The notes: generated by a model from the letters alone, not told the origin. DNA of 64,000 nucleotides from Candidatus Micrarchaeota archaeon CG10_big_fil_rev_8_21_14_0_10_45_29 (GCA_002778455.1 PFCD01000005.1:4424-68423); one strand, 5' to 3'. Counted from the first letter of the stretch, positions 20,897 to 31,632 are shown. Translations and numbers: made by a program.

Positions 20897-22519
20897 ATGG
20901 GAGAATTCAGCAAAGAGGAGGCAACAATCCTCTCAAGGTATTTTACAAATACGGATAAAAACGTCTTTGGCTTAATCAACCTTCCGCAGGTGGTGGCAGG
21001 GTGCCTTTTCTCAAGATATTCCCGCTCCAAAAAAAGCGCAAGAAAAATCCTTTTGGAAGATTTTATACAAGACCCGAACATGCAGTTTGAGCAGATAGTA
21101 GGGGCACAAAAAGAGGGGGCGCAAAGCCAGTTTATCGCAACAAAGAGGGCGGAGGAATTTTACGAGAGGGTACTTGTCGGATTTGGGGACGACTCTGTGG
21201 CAGAATTAGGCGGGGCGCATGTTGCATTAGAGCAAATATCAATTCTGGCAACAAAGTTTATACAGGATTCGCGAATAGGCGCCTCCCCGCTTGAGAAATC
21301 CACCCGTTACGTGTATTTTGATGAGAAAGTTGATGGCAAATACAAATATTACCGCGGAGAGGAATTAATTTCCTCTCCCGCAGGGGAAGAATACCTAAAA
21401 ATATGCGACAAGCTCTTTGATGCTTATTGCGATTTGCAGCCAAAAGTGATAGCTTATCTGCAAAAAAAATACTCCAAAGAGGAGAATGTTTCCGAGCGCG
21501 CCTACACTTCCACAATAAGGGCAAAAACATGCGACCTTTTGCGCGGGCTTCTTCCCGCCTCCACACTCACCAACATGGGAGTTTATGCAAACGGGCGCGC
21601 ATTCGAGTATCTGCTTACAAAAATGTATGCCTCAAATTTGCCTGAAATAAATTCCCTTGCCTCGCAGGCGCAAAGCGAGCTTTCCATAATAATCCCCTCA
21701 TTTGTAAAGCGCGCAAACGACAAATACGGCATTTCAATGCAGGAATATATGAAAGACTGCCGCCAAAAAACAAGCTCGCTTGCAAAAGAGAAATTCCTGC
21801 CCCAGGCGCAAAAAGACGCGCAAGAGGTTCAGCTTGTGGATTATGACAAAGATGCAGAACAAAAAATAATTTCAGCAATTTTATTTGAATGCGGCATGGA
21901 TTATGAAGAGGCAATAAAAAAAGCATCTCAAATGCAGGGGGGGGAGAGAAAGCAACTGCTTGACGCATATGTTGGCGGGCGCCTCAACCGCCGCCACAAG
22001 CCCGGCCGCGCATTCGAGCATCCGTATTATACTTTCGCATTTTGCGCCAACTTCGGGCAATACCGCGATTTGCACAGGCACCGCATGCTCACACAGGCAA
22101 GGCAGCTTCTCTCATGCGATTTTGGCTATGATGTGCCTGCAGAAATTATAGCGGCAGGGCTTGATGCAGAATTCAAATCAGCGCTTGAGGATGCAAAATC
22201 AGCATATGAGAAAATAAATCGGCAAACCAACCCCTTTCTGGCGCAATATGCGGTGCCGATGGCATATAAGCTAAAATGGCATATGCGCATGAATTTGAGG
22301 GAGGCGTTTCATTTCATAGAATTGCGCTCCACCCCGCAGGGGCATGAGGACTATAGAAGGGTAACCATAAAGATGCTAAAGGAAATAGAAAAAGTGCACC
22401 CCTCTCTTGCAAATTATATAAAATTCGCAAACACAAAAGATGTTGAGCTTGAGCGCCTTGAGGCAGAGAAAAACATAGATAAAAAGCTTGAGCGCCTCAA
22501 CGCCGAAAAAAAGCAATAA
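20897..22519 (+). CDS. thyX: FAD-dependent thymidylate synthase, tandem-domain ThyX
   Basis: Start at MGEFSKEE. Motifs FSRYSRS, GFGDDSVAELG, LEKSTRYV, RGLLPAS, and a second domain with RDLHRHRM and FHFIELRSTPQGHEDYR. Confidence 0.93.
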   Translation: MGEFSKEEATILSRYFTNTDKNVFGLINLPQVVAGCLFSRYSRSKKSARKILLEDFIQDPNMQFEQIVGAQKEGAQSQFIATKRAEEFYERVLVGFGDDSVAELGGAHVALEQISILATKFIQDSRIGASPLEKSTRYVYFDEKVDGKYKYYRGEELISSPAGEEYLKICDKLFDAYCDLQPKVIAYLQKKYSKEENVSERAYTSTIRAKTCDLLRGLLPASTLTNMGVYANGRAFEYLLTKMYASNLPEINSLASQAQSELSIIIPSFVKRANDKYGISMQEYMKDCRQKTSSLAKEKFLPQAQKDAQEVQLVDYDKDAEQKIISAILFECGMDYEEAIKKASQMQGGERKQLLDAYVGGRLNRRHKPGRAFEHPYYTFAFCANFGQYRDLHRHRMLTQARQLLSCDFGYDVPAEIIAAGLDAEFKSALEDAKSAYEKINRQTNPFLAQYAVPMAYKLKWHMRMNLREAFHFIELRSTPQGHEDYRRVTIKMLKEIEKVHPSLANYIKFANTKDVELERLEAEKNIDKKLERLNAEKKQ

Positions 22520-22662
22520 TTTTTTCCTGCCACACGCATTTAAAATATTATCTAGCCGAACATTTGGGTAAAGGATTATAAAGAGCGCAAATACAGTTGA
22601 AAATAATAAACATTTTTTCGCGCATCTGCCGAAAAAAACAGCATATTTGAGGTGTTATTAAA

Positions 22663-23463
22663 ATGAGCGAACATGTAACAGTTGCAAAAGGCGATGAGGG
22701 GGCCTCATCCGCACTTTATGCAATAGCATTGGCGGTCCTTGTAGGATGCGCGGTGATAGCTTCTGCGGTATGGTTCTCTGCAGGCGGAATATCCGGCGCC
22801 CTCTCAAGCCTTGACCAGACAATTATGGCAAAGAATTTAGTTGTGGGCACAGGAACCGCTGCAGCGGCGGCGCAAAACCCAACCCCAACGCAGCAGCAGC
22901 CATCAGCGGCCCAGCCTTCAGCCGCACAGCCATCTGCGCCAAACACGGTTGATGTTAGCGGAAGGGACATACTCGGCTCAGCAGATGCCCAAATCACCAT
23001 GGTGGAATTCTCAGAATTTCAGTGCCCGTATTGCACAAGGGCGCACCCGACAGTGAAACAGCTTCTCTCCGATTATGACGGAAAGCTAAACCTTGTGCAC
23101 ATGAATTTCATAGTGCACCCGACAGCGACGACCTCTTCGGTATCTGTGGAATGCGCAGGAGACCAGGACAAATATTATGAAATGCATGACAAGATATTTA
23201 CCACCCAAATAACTGATGCGGACGGGCTCAAAGGGCTTGCCGCCGAAGTCGGGCTTGACATGGCAACATATAATGCATGCATGTCTGCAGGCAAGAGCGC
23301 GGAACTTGCGGCACAGCAGTCAGCCGCCTCGGCGATCGGGGTGCGCGGAACCCCGACATTTCTTATCGGAAAAATGCAAAACGGAAAAGTCGTGGGGGAG
23401 ATTCTTGTAGGCGCCCAGCCGATAGAGAATTTCAAGGCATTAATAGACGCACAAATGGGATAA
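22663..23463 (+). CDS. Membrane-anchored DsbA-family thioredoxin-fold protein
   Basis: GAGGTG RBS, N-terminal TM helix, EFSEFQCPYC, GVRGTPTF, GAQP. Confidence 0.92.
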   Translation: MSEHVTVAKGDEGASSALYAIALAVLVGCAVIASAVWFSAGGISGALSSLDQTIMAKNLVVGTGTAAAAAQNPTPTQQQPSAAQPSAAQPSAPNTVDVSGRDILGSADAQITMVEFSEFQCPYCTRAHPTVKQLLSDYDGKLNLVHMNFIVHPTATTSSVSVECAGDQDKYYEMHDKIFTTQITDADGLKGLAAEVGLDMATYNACMSAGKSAELAAQQSAASAIGVRGTPTFLIGKMQNGKVVGEILVGAQPIENFKALIDAQMG

Positions 23464-23469
23464 AAATCC

Positions 23470-23530
23470 CATTTTTTCCTTTTTTCTTTTTATTTTCATT
23501 TTCTTCTTCTTTCCACAACCTTTTTATTAA
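23470..23530 (+). terminator. Oligo-T tract after the DsbA-family gene (archaeal-type terminator candidate)
   Basis: Long T-rich run (ttttttcctttttttctttttattttcattttcttc) directly after the stop codon. Confidence 0.45.
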
Positions 23531-23573
23531 ATATTGCCGCTTACTCTAACCTGCAGCAAGGGAAAGGATTTTT

Positions 23574-25829
23574 ATGAAGCTTATAATTTCAGAGAAGCCA
23601 AAAGTGGCGCAAAAGATAGCCGAGGCGCTTGCTGACGGAAAAGTTGAGCGCAAGAAAGGCAAAGGGCAGGCATATTATTTTGAATTTGAGAGAAACGGGG
23701 AACGGGTGGCAGTCTCACCCGCTGTAGGGCACATCTACTCTTTAGAGGAGAAAACAAAGAGCAACACTTACCCCTCATTTGAAATAGAATGGCGCCCTGC
23801 ATATGAAACTTCAAAAGACGCGGATTACACAAAAGGATATATACAGACAATAGAGATGCTCTCAAAAGATGCTGATGAGATAATAATTGCATGCGACTAT
23901 GATGTGGAAGGCTCTCTTATAGGCTATAATGCATTGCGCTATGCCGCGCACCGCGATGTCGGCACGCGCATGAAATTCTCGGCGCTCACAAAAAACGATT
24001 TGCAGCAGGCATATATGGACCGCTCAAACCTTGACATAGAAAACGCCCTGGCAGGCGAATCCCGCCATATGCTTGACTGGTATTATGGCATAAACCTCTC
24101 CCGCGCCCTGATGTCCTCAATAAAGGCGGTTGGAAAATTTCAGATTATGAGCATAGGGCGCGTGCAGGGCCCCGCCCTCAAGCTTCTCTCAGACAAGGAA
24201 AAAAGCATATTGGCATTTGTTCCAACCCCTTATTGGGAGCTCACATGCGAAATAGATAAAACTCTTTTCAAGCACGAGTGCAAAAAATTCACAGGCAAAA
24301 ATGAGGCGGAGAAGGCGTTTGCCTCCTCCAAGCCAAAGCCGCACAAAATAATTAAAATAACAAAAAAGCCCTTTGAGCAAAACCCAAGCCCCCCATTCGA
24401 CTTAACTTCCTTGCAGGTGGAGGCATACCGGCAATTCAAATTTTCCCCAAAGCAGACTCAATCTCTTGCACAAACACTTTATGAGAGCTCACTTATCTCT
24501 TACCCGCGCACCTCATCGCAAAAGCTTCCTGCAAAGCTGGGGCTTGAAAAAATAATTATGGCTCTCTCCGCGCAGGCTGAATACACTTCTCTTTGCAAAA
24601 AGCTTTCCCAGGCGCGCATGTTCAAGCCGCTGGAGGGGAAAAAGCAGGACCCGGCGCATCCGGCAATTCATCCCACCGGGCAATTTACGCAAACCGGAAT
24701 AAAAGAGAAAAAGCTCTATGACTTGATTGTGCGCCGCTTTTTGGCATGCTTCGCGCCTCCCGCGAAAAGGGAAGGGCAAAAAGTAGTTGCTCTTTGCAGC
24801 ACCCAAAATTATACTACAGCCGGCGCAAGGACAATTTTTGCAGGCTGGCACGAATTTTACAAGCCATATGTGAAATTGGATGAGATTACTTTGCCCGAAT
24901 GGAAAGAGGGGCAGGATGCAGATGCGCAAAATTTCAAAATGGAGGAGAAAATGACACAGCCTCCAAAAAGATTTACTCCAGCCTCAATAATCTCGGAGCT
25001 GGAAAACCGCAACCTCGGCACAAAGTCGACGCGCGCAACCGTGGTAGACACTCTTTTCAAGCGCGGCTATCTTAGCGGCACAAAGTCCATAGAAGTAACC
25101 CAATTCGGGATGCAGGTTGCAGACACTATGCAAAAATATGCGCCAGATATTTTAAGCGAGGAGATGACGCGCGATATTGAGAAGGAAATGGAAGCGATAA
25201 AAGAGGACCATGTGCATGCAAAAAACGTTGTGGAAAACGGCAAAAAAATCCTTATAAAAACCCTTGAAAATTACAAAAAGCATGAAAAAGACGTCGGAGA
25301 GGAGCTCTCCTCCGCGCTTGCGGGCGCCCGCGCGGCAGCCTCAATAATAGGCCCATGCCCAAAATGCGGCAAGGATTTGAAAAAATTAATCTCCCGTTTC
25401 AAAAAGCAGTTTGTAGGATGCTCAGGCTACCCTGACTGCACCCAAACTTACCCCCTGCCGCAAATGGCTCTCATAGAGGCAACAGGGCGCACCTGCCCCA
25501 AATGCTCCACCCCCATAATAAAAGTAATAAGGCGCGCAAAGCGCCCGTTTGAGATGTGCGTGTTTCCAGAGTGCGAAACAAAAGCCAACTGGGGCAAATA
25601 CCCGAAAAAAACAGCCGCCAAAAAATTTCCCGCGCAGGCAAAATCCGCCGCCCCAACTTCTGCTCTCCCCGCCAAAAAAACCAAAACCCAATCCGCCGCC
25701 TCCAAACCCGCCAAAAAATCTCCTGCTCCCAAAAAGCTCAAAAAGCTTGCAGAAAAAGAAAGCACGCCAAAAACCCCTAGAAAAAGAAAGCTTTCTGCAA
25801 AAAAGCAAAAAACCGCCGAAGAAAAATAA
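23574..25829 (+). CDS. topA: DNA topoisomerase I (type IA) with Zn ribbons and Lys/Ala/Pro-rich tail
   Basis: IISEKP, GHI, ACDYDVEG (Toprim), SIGRVQ, ISYPRTSS (catalytic Tyr), AHPAIHPT, LGTKSTR, and CPKC repeats. Confidence 0.96.
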   Translation: MKLIISEKPKVAQKIAEALADGKVERKKGKGQAYYFEFERNGERVAVSPAVGHIYSLEEKTKSNTYPSFEIEWRPAYETSKDADYTKGYIQTIEMLSKDADEIIIACDYDVEGSLIGYNALRYAAHRDVGTRMKFSALTKNDLQQAYMDRSNLDIENALAGESRHMLDWYYGINLSRALMSSIKAVGKFQIMSIGRVQGPALKLLSDKEKSILAFVPTPYWELTCEIDKTLFKHECKKFTGKNEAEKAFASSKPKPHKIIKITKKPFEQNPSPPFDLTSLQVEAYRQFKFSPKQTQSLAQTLYESSLISYPRTSSQKLPAKLGLEKIIMALSAQAEYTSLCKKLSQARMFKPLEGKKQDPAHPAIHPTGQFTQTGIKEKKLYDLIVRRFLACFAPPAKREGQKVVALCSTQNYTTAGARTIFAGWHEFYKPYVKLDEITLPEWKEGQDADAQNFKMEEKMTQPPKRFTPASIISELENRNLGTKSTRATVVDTLFKRGYLSGTKSIEVTQFGMQVADTMQKYAPDILSEEMTRDIEKEMEAIKEDHVHAKNVVENGKKILIKTLENYKKHEKDVGEELSSALAGARAAASIIGPCPKCGKDLKKLISRFKKQFVGCSGYPDCTQTYPLPQMALIEATGRTCPKCSTPIIKVIRRAKRPFEMCVFPECETKANWGKYPKKTAAKKFPAQAKSAAPTSALPAKKTKTQSAASKPAKKSPAPKKLKKLAEKESTPKTPRKRKLSAKKQKTAEEK

Positions 25830-25927
25830 AAAATAAAATGCCAAAAATGAGCAAAAAAGCGCATTTAAATTTTTCATCTCTTTGCAAAAAATAGGTTTAT
25901 AAGCACCAGTTATCCAAAATAATTAAC

Positions 25928-27481
25928 GTGAGAATAAAAAGAGCCCTTATTTCCGTCTATGACAAAAAAGGTTTGCTTGATTTAGCGCATGCTTTGCATA
26001 GAAAAGGGGTGAAAATCCTCTCTTCCGGGGGCACTGCCAAAGCCTTGCGAAAGGCGGACATCCCTGTAACAGATGTTTCAAAATACACCGGGGCGCCGGA
26101 AATGTTTGACGGGCGGGTAAAAACTTTGCACCCAAAAATACACGGCGGAATACTTTTCAGGCGGGACAACAAGAACGACAGCGAAGAATTGCGCAAAAAC
26201 AACATTCTCCCCATAGATTTGGTTGTGGTAAACCTTTACCCTTTTGAGAAGGTGGTAAAGCAAAAAGGAATAAGCGAGGACAGGGCCGTGGAATTCATAG
26301 ATATCGGGGGCATCTCGCTGATTCGCGCGGCTGCAAAAAACTACAAATTCACAAGCGTGCTTGTAGACCCGGAGGATTATCCGAAATTTATTCAGGAATT
26401 TGAGGAGAGAAACGGCTCAATAAGCGATGCAAAAAGGCATAACCTGATGATAAAAGCCTTCGAGCGCTCATCTCACTACGACTGGGCAATTTCGCGCTTT
26501 TTCGGGGGGGAGGGAGATGAGAAATTCCCATACCGAATGAAAATGATATTTGAGCGCGCCTATCCTTTGCGCTACGGGGAGAACCCGCACCAGAGGGCAA
26601 CCGCATACCGGCTTGTGGGGCAGCGTTCACTCTTTGATGCAAGAATATATTCGGGCAAGGCAATGAGCTACAACAACTTTTTGGATGCAGATTCAGCGTT
26701 GCACTTAATACGCGAATTTTACGGCAAAACCGCATGCGTCATATTAAAGCACAACAACCCGTGCGGCGTGGCGTTTGCAAAAACTTTGAAAGGGGCATTT
26801 GAGAGGGCGCTTGCAACCGACCCCCTCTCCGCATTCGGCGGAATAATGGCGTTTTCCCAGCGCCTTGACGTGCAGACAGCAAATTCCATAGGGAACAAAT
26901 TTTTGGAAGTGGTGCTTGCGCCAGGATACGAGCCGGAAGCTCTTGAAATTCTCAAAAGAAAGCCATCAAGGCGCATTTTAGACATCACAGATTTCTTTTT
27001 CCCGGTGCACCCCGGCGACGTTACTTTCAGGCACATCTCAGGGGGAATGCTATACCAGCACGAGGACCCCTCCATCTATGATTTGCGCACCGCGCAGGTA
27101 ATGACAAGAAAAAAGCCAAAAGACGAGAACTGGCGGGACATGCATTTTGCAATGGCTGTTGCAAAGCACACAAAGTCAAACGCAGTAATCATCTCAAAAA
27201 ACGAGCAAATACTTGGAATTGGCGCAGGGCAGATGTCCCGCATAGATTCCACAAAAATCGCAATAAGAAAAGCAAAAGCAAACAAGTTTAATCTGAAAGG
27301 CTCTGTAGCCGCATCGGATGCTTTCCTTCCCTTCCCGGACACTTTGGAGGAGCTTGCAGCAGCCGGTGTTGGCGTGCTTGTGCAGCCCGGCGGCTCAATA
27401 AAAGACGAGGAAGTAATTTCGGCAGCAGACAGGCTTGGCATGGTAATGGCGTTTACAGGAATAAGGCATTTCAAGCACTAA
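25928..27481 (+). CDS. purH: Bifunctional AICAR transformylase/IMP cyclohydrolase
   Basis: RALISVYDK, GRVKTLHP, IDIGG, LRYGENPHQ, SYNN, KHNNPCG, GAGQMSR, ASDAF, QPGGS, TGIRHFKH. Confidence 0.97.
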   Translation: MRIKRALISVYDKKGLLDLAHALHRKGVKILSSGGTAKALRKADIPVTDVSKYTGAPEMFDGRVKTLHPKIHGGILFRRDNKNDSEELRKNNILPIDLVVVNLYPFEKVVKQKGISEDRAVEFIDIGGISLIRAAAKNYKFTSVLVDPEDYPKFIQEFEERNGSISDAKRHNLMIKAFERSSHYDWAISRFFGGEGDEKFPYRMKMIFERAYPLRYGENPHQRATAYRLVGQRSLFDARIYSGKAMSYNNFLDADSALHLIREFYGKTACVILKHNNPCGVAFAKTLKGAFERALATDPLSAFGGIMAFSQRLDVQTANSIGNKFLEVVLAPGYEPEALEILKRKPSRRILDITDFFFPVHPGDVTFRHISGGMLYQHEDPSIYDLRTAQVMTRKKPKDENWRDMHFAMAVAKHTKSNAVIISKNEQILGIGAGQMSRIDSTKIAIRKAKANKFNLKGSVAASDAFLPFPDTLEELAAAGVGVLVQPGGSIKDEEVISAADRLGMVMAFTGIRHFKH

Positions 27482-27626
27482 GCCTTTTTATGAATCAGAG
27501 CTTAAACGAACGGTGAAAAAGGCTTAAGTTAACCCAAAAACTTCTGTCAGCCAAGTAAACTGTTTTTCATAAATCCAAGAAAATAAAAAATAGAAATAAA
27601 ATAAAAAAAGAAAAAACTCAAGGAAA

Positions 27627-28397
27627 CTACTTTTTCCCCTTCTCGCCCATCGTCTGGAAATATTTTAAAATTTCCATCGGAATCGGCATTATTATCTTTG
27701 AGTTGGGGTCTGTAGAGATGTCTGTGAGCGTCTTGAGGATTCTCAATTGCATCGCAGCCGGGCTCTTTGATATTATCTCCGCAGCCTGCCTCAAATTGTC
27801 CGCGGCCGCAACCTCTCCTGTGGAGAGAATTATTGTGGCCCTCTTCTCCCTCTCAGCTTCTGCCTGCCGCGCCATCACCCTTTTCATATTCTCAGGCAAT
27901 TCCACGTCCTGCAATTTTATGTTTGTGATATCCACTCCCCACTCGTCCGTCTCCTTGTCAACTATTGCCTCTATCTGCTTTGCAATTTCCTCCCTTTTTG
28001 TAAGAAGCTGGTCAAGCTCAATCTCGCCGATTATGTCCCTTAGCGCCGTCTGGGCATACTGGGACACCGCATAGCGGTAATTGTCTATTTTCAATATGGC
28101 TTTTGTTGAATTTTCCACGCGCATATATACTACTGCGTTTACCATCACCGGCACGTTATCCCTCGTCATCACTTCCTGCTTTGGTATGTCTATTGTCGTA
28201 ATCCTTGTGTCCACCTTTATCAAATTCTCAATTACAGGGATAATTATGTTAAGCCCGGGCGTGGCTTCGCGGGAGAATTTTCCAAGAGTAAGTATAACCC
28301 CCCTCTCCCATTGATTCACAATTCTTACTGTCATCAAAAATATGGGAACCCCGAATATTGCCAGCGGAATTATGCATGCTATAATATCAGTTGCCAT
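27627..28397 (-). CDS. SPFH/band 7 (stomatin/slipin) family protein
   Basis: N-terminal TM, IPKQEVMTRDNV, AQTALR, WGV, MARQAEAEREKRA, AMQLR. Confidence 0.94.
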   Translation of the reverse strand: MATDIIACIIPLAIFGVPIFLMTVRIVNQWERGVILTLGKFSREATPGLNIIIPVIENLIKVDTRITTIDIPKQEVMTRDNVPVMVNAVVYMRVENSTKAILKIDNYRYAVSQYAQTALRDIIGEIELDQLLTKREEIAKQIEAIVDKETDEWGVDITNIKLQDVELPENMKRVMARQAEAEREKRATIILSTGEVAAADNLRQAAEIISKSPAAMQLRILKTLTDISTDPNSKIIMPIPMEILKYFQTMGEKGKK

Positions 28398-28518
28398 AAG
28401 AAAACCTCCCTAAATATTTTTCTCTCCTCCTGCTTATAAAACATGTCCTCTTCCAAAAAACCCGTTTGCGCCCGCCGCATCAATTATATTATAAAATATG
28501 GCTATTTTTCATTATTGC

Positions 28519-29037
28519 ATGCCTTCCAAAACATATGAAAAAACCGCCATTTTAATAGGGCGCTTCCAGCCCCCGCACAAAGGGCATGAGGGGCTGATTC
28601 TCTCTTTGCTAAAAACACACAAAAAATTAACGGTGGCAATAGGCTCCTCTTGCAAAAAAAGGCAAAAAGAAAATCCATTTTCCGCAAAAGAGCGCCTTTT
28701 CATGCTAAAAAAGCTTTTTTCGCAAAAAAAAGCAAAAGAAAAAATAAAATTCACATTTTTGCCCGACAATCCCTCAAATAAAAAATGGGCGCAAATTTTC
28801 TGCAAAAAATTTCCAAAAGAAAAATATATCATCTACTCCGCAAACCCGCTTGTGCGCAAGCTTCTTGCAACTTATGAATTCGGCAAATTTCTCCTAGTGA
28901 GGCGAAAAAGCTGGCAAGGAAAAGCAATAAGAAAAAAAATAATTGAAAAAAAGCCATACCTCTCAAGCATCCCTGCAAAATTGAGAAATTGGATGAAAGG
29001 CAAGGGGGAGAAAATAATGCTAAATTGCCAAAAATAG
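28519..29037 (+). CDS. Nicotinamide-nucleotide adenylyltransferase-like cytidylyltransferase family protein
   Basis: IGRFQPPHKGH, AIGSS, NPFSAKER, SANPLV. An alternative start is at 28498. Confidence 0.85.
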   Translation: MPSKTYEKTAILIGRFQPPHKGHEGLILSLLKTHKKLTVAIGSSCKKRQKENPFSAKERLFMLKKLFSQKKAKEKIKFTFLPDNPSNKKWAQIFCKKFPKEKYIIYSANPLVRKLLATYEFGKFLLVRRKSWQGKAIRKKIIEKKPYLSSIPAKLRNWMKGKGEKIMLNCQK

Positions 29038-29096
29038 TTTAAGCCAAAACAGAAAAATATTAAGAAATTGCCAAAGGCAAGGCAATAATAAGAAAT

Positions 29097-29738
29097 TCAG
29101 GCATATCCTATTTTCGCCCATTCTCCCAAAGAGGCTTTAAGAGCCGCTTCAAGCCCTTTTCTTTTTGATGCCTCAACATCTTTTGGAAGAATAACGCTTA
29201 TTCCCTTGCCTTCCCCCTCAACTTTCACATCGCAGCCAAATTGAGCCGCAAGCTCATGCGCCTTTTTTTCAGGCTCGCTTATTATTTCAAGCAATTTAAT
29301 TTTATATTTAAGGTCCTGCCCCGCCAGCGGGTGGTTGAAATCCAGCATGATTCTTCCCGAAGATGCCGATTTCACCATTGCAGGCACTCCGTCAATTGTT
29401 ACCATAAGCCCGGCTTGCGCCCTCACTCCATGGCTTGCAAATTCTTTCTCAGGCATGACGCGCACAAGCTCCTGGTGCTTTTCTCCAAATGCCTTGGAGG
29501 CAGGCACAATTATTTCGACTTCTTTTCCAACCTCAATTTTTGAGAGTTCTTCCTCAATGCCTGCAATCATCGCCCCTTTGCCAAATATCACAAGGCGGGG
29601 GCCGTACTTTGATGCATTTGACCATATGCCGGCATCTTTTGCTTCCTTCTCATCCGTGCTCTCAAATAACGAGCCGTCTGAGACAAGCGAGCCGCTAAGC
29701 TCTATCTTTACAAGGTCCCCTTTTTGCAGCTTATTCAT
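29097..29738 (-). CDS. FKBP-type peptidyl-prolyl isomerase (archaeal SlyD-like)
   Basis: KGDLVKI, FEST, GIEEEL, AFG, LDFNHPLAGQDL. Confidence 0.92.
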   Translation of the reverse strand: MNKLQKGDLVKIELSGSLVSDGSLFESTDEKEAKDAGIWSNASKYGPRLVIFGKGAMIAGIEEELSKIEVGKEVEIIVPASKAFGEKHQELVRVMPEKEFASHGVRAQAGLMVTIDGVPAMVKSASSGRIMLDFNHPLAGQDLKYKIKLLEIISEPEKKAHELAAQFGCDVKVEGEGKGISVILPKDVEASKRKGLEAALKASLGEWAKIGYA

Positions 29739-29801
29739 ATAAATCAATTAATACATTTATGCCCAATTCATTTTTTAAACATGGTTATTCATATTTTTTC
29801 C

Positions 29802-31262
29802 ATGCTTGGAATAAAAAAAGAGGATGAGCTAAAGCTTGGCACAATAGCGTTAATAGCAATTTTCATGCTTTCCACAGTCGCAGTATATATGGGCGGATAT
29901 TTTAGCGGAAGCGGGGAAAATGCGCCCGAGCAGATTACCTCTTCATTCACAGGGCTTGCGCATGCAAATGCATCAATAGCCTCATGGGACCCTTCCCTAT
30001 ACATTATAGGCGGGGGCGAGCGCCTCTCAGAAAAAATAAAACAGCTAAAGGGCGAGGGGCTCATATTATATGACACAAAAACCTCTGACGGGCGCCTTAT
30101 TATGCTCACAAGCACGGATGAAATAGTGCGCGTATCTCAGGAGATTGAAGCCGCGGGCGCAACCGCATATTCGGACGCCACTATTTACACCGGCAACCCC
30201 CTGCAGGTAACCGACGGGCAGGGAAAAATTGTTGAAATTGAAGGGCAAAACCTCAAGCAGAGAATGATTCCCGTATTAAGCGAAGGTGAAAAATTCCCCG
30301 CAGAATTTCAGGTGCAGGTTGTAAACTCAAAAATATATGCTTACGGGGAAATTCTTGCGGTGCCCGACGGCCCGTTTTCCGCAATAGCAACCCCGATAAA
30401 CGCCACTGTTCTCTCCTATTCCCTAAACATTTTAATCCCGTGGGAGCAGAGGGGAAAGAATTATTCAACTTTATCAAATTCCCTTTCGGGCGCAACAATA
30501 AATTATACTCCTAAATCCTATGTTACATTCAATCCCCCTCTTGCGCGCGAAACCCTTGTGGCTCTCTCCGCTCAAAAGCCCGCTTATGCCCTAAGCATAC
30601 AATCCTCCATAATGGCGGTGAGCCCGAAATTTTTTGAAAAAGAAACAATAGTGCAGGAGTTTGAGGCGCTTGGCATCTCCCCGGTTTTCCCTGATTCTGT
30701 GCTAAGCATTTTCCCCGGCAACGGCACGCAAATAACTTCCGCCGCCGCATCCGCAGCTTTTGAAAAAGAATTTGAAAACACCCCTGCGCAAATAACCCCT
30801 GCGTATGTGCTTGAGCTAACCCTTCCAAAATATTTGGAGCATGAGGGGAAAAATTACAGCATAGGGGAAGGGAGAAAAATTGAATTAATATCGCAAATTC
30901 CTCCTGTAGATGAGGGGGCAGTAGAGCTTCAGTTCCGCTCAATAGGCGCCATGGTGGTTGACCTTTCAGCAGGAAAATACGCAAGCGCGCCAGAGCTTGA
31001 AGGCGAAGTAATCAACATAGATGACCTTATCGAGCAAATTTCACAAAACCAAACAAATGAAAATTCGGGGAGCGAAAGCGGGGAAGATGGCTCCGAAACG
31101 ATATCCGGCGAGCCGAAAAATCTCTCGGAAATAACGCCTCCATACACGCAAGAGCAGATAAATGAAATACAATCAGTTTTCTGGGAAAAGGCGGCGGGAA
31201 TAGTCGCCTACCCGCCGGCAAATTCGGCTGAGGGCAATCAAACTGCCCCGGACGGGCAGTAA
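29802..31262 (+). CDS. Hypothetical membrane-anchored protein
   Basis: Start at MLGIKKED. One N-terminal TM helix, then a long beta-rich acidic ectodomain with N-x-S/T sequons. Confidence 0.7.
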   Translation: MLGIKKEDELKLGTIALIAIFMLSTVAVYMGGYFSGSGENAPEQITSSFTGLAHANASIASWDPSLYIIGGGERLSEKIKQLKGEGLILYDTKTSDGRLIMLTSTDEIVRVSQEIEAAGATAYSDATIYTGNPLQVTDGQGKIVEIEGQNLKQRMIPVLSEGEKFPAEFQVQVVNSKIYAYGEILAVPDGPFSAIATPINATVLSYSLNILIPWEQRGKNYSTLSNSLSGATINYTPKSYVTFNPPLARETLVALSAQKPAYALSIQSSIMAVSPKFFEKETIVQEFEALGISPVFPDSVLSIFPGNGTQITSAAASAAFEKEFENTPAQITPAYVLELTLPKYLEHEGKNYSIGEGRKIELISQIPPVDEGAVELQFRSIGAMVVDLSAGKYASAPELEGEVINIDDLIEQISQNQTNENSGSESGEDGSETISGEPKNLSEITPPYTQEQINEIQSVFWEKAAGIVAYPPANSAEGNQTAPDGQ

Positions 31263-31320
31263 TTGCGTTTTTAAGCTTTAATCCCCCTACACTTAATTGT
31301 TTTTTAGAGGTGAATTTTTT

Positions 31321-31548
31321 ATGCCAGAGCAAAAAAGACCGTTTGATGTGCTTAACGCATCATTAAACAACACAGTAATAATCGGAATGAAAGGAAACTA
31401 CGAGATGCGCGGAAAAATGATAAGCTATGATGTTCACATGAACATAGTGCTTGAAAAGGCCGAGCAGCTTGTAAACGGCGAGGTAAAGCGCGGAATAGGC
31501 ATGGTTCTTCTTCGCGGCGACTCAGTCGTCTACATTTCTCCCTCCTAA
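31321..31548 (+). CDS. Sm-like (LSm) RNA-binding protein
   Basis: GAGGTGA RBS. RPFDVL, GKMISYDVHMNIVL (Sm1), LLRGDSVVYISP (Sm2). Confidence 0.95.
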   Translation: MPEQKRPFDVLNASLNNTVIIGMKGNYEMRGKMISYDVHMNIVLEKAEQLVNGEVKRGIGMVLLRGDSVVYISPS

Positions 31549-31632
31549 ATTTCTTATCTTAAGCGCCGAGAAAAAATACCTTTTCGGCTAAGGATTTTTT
31601 GAAATTTCTTTTTTTATTTTTATTCTTTTTCT

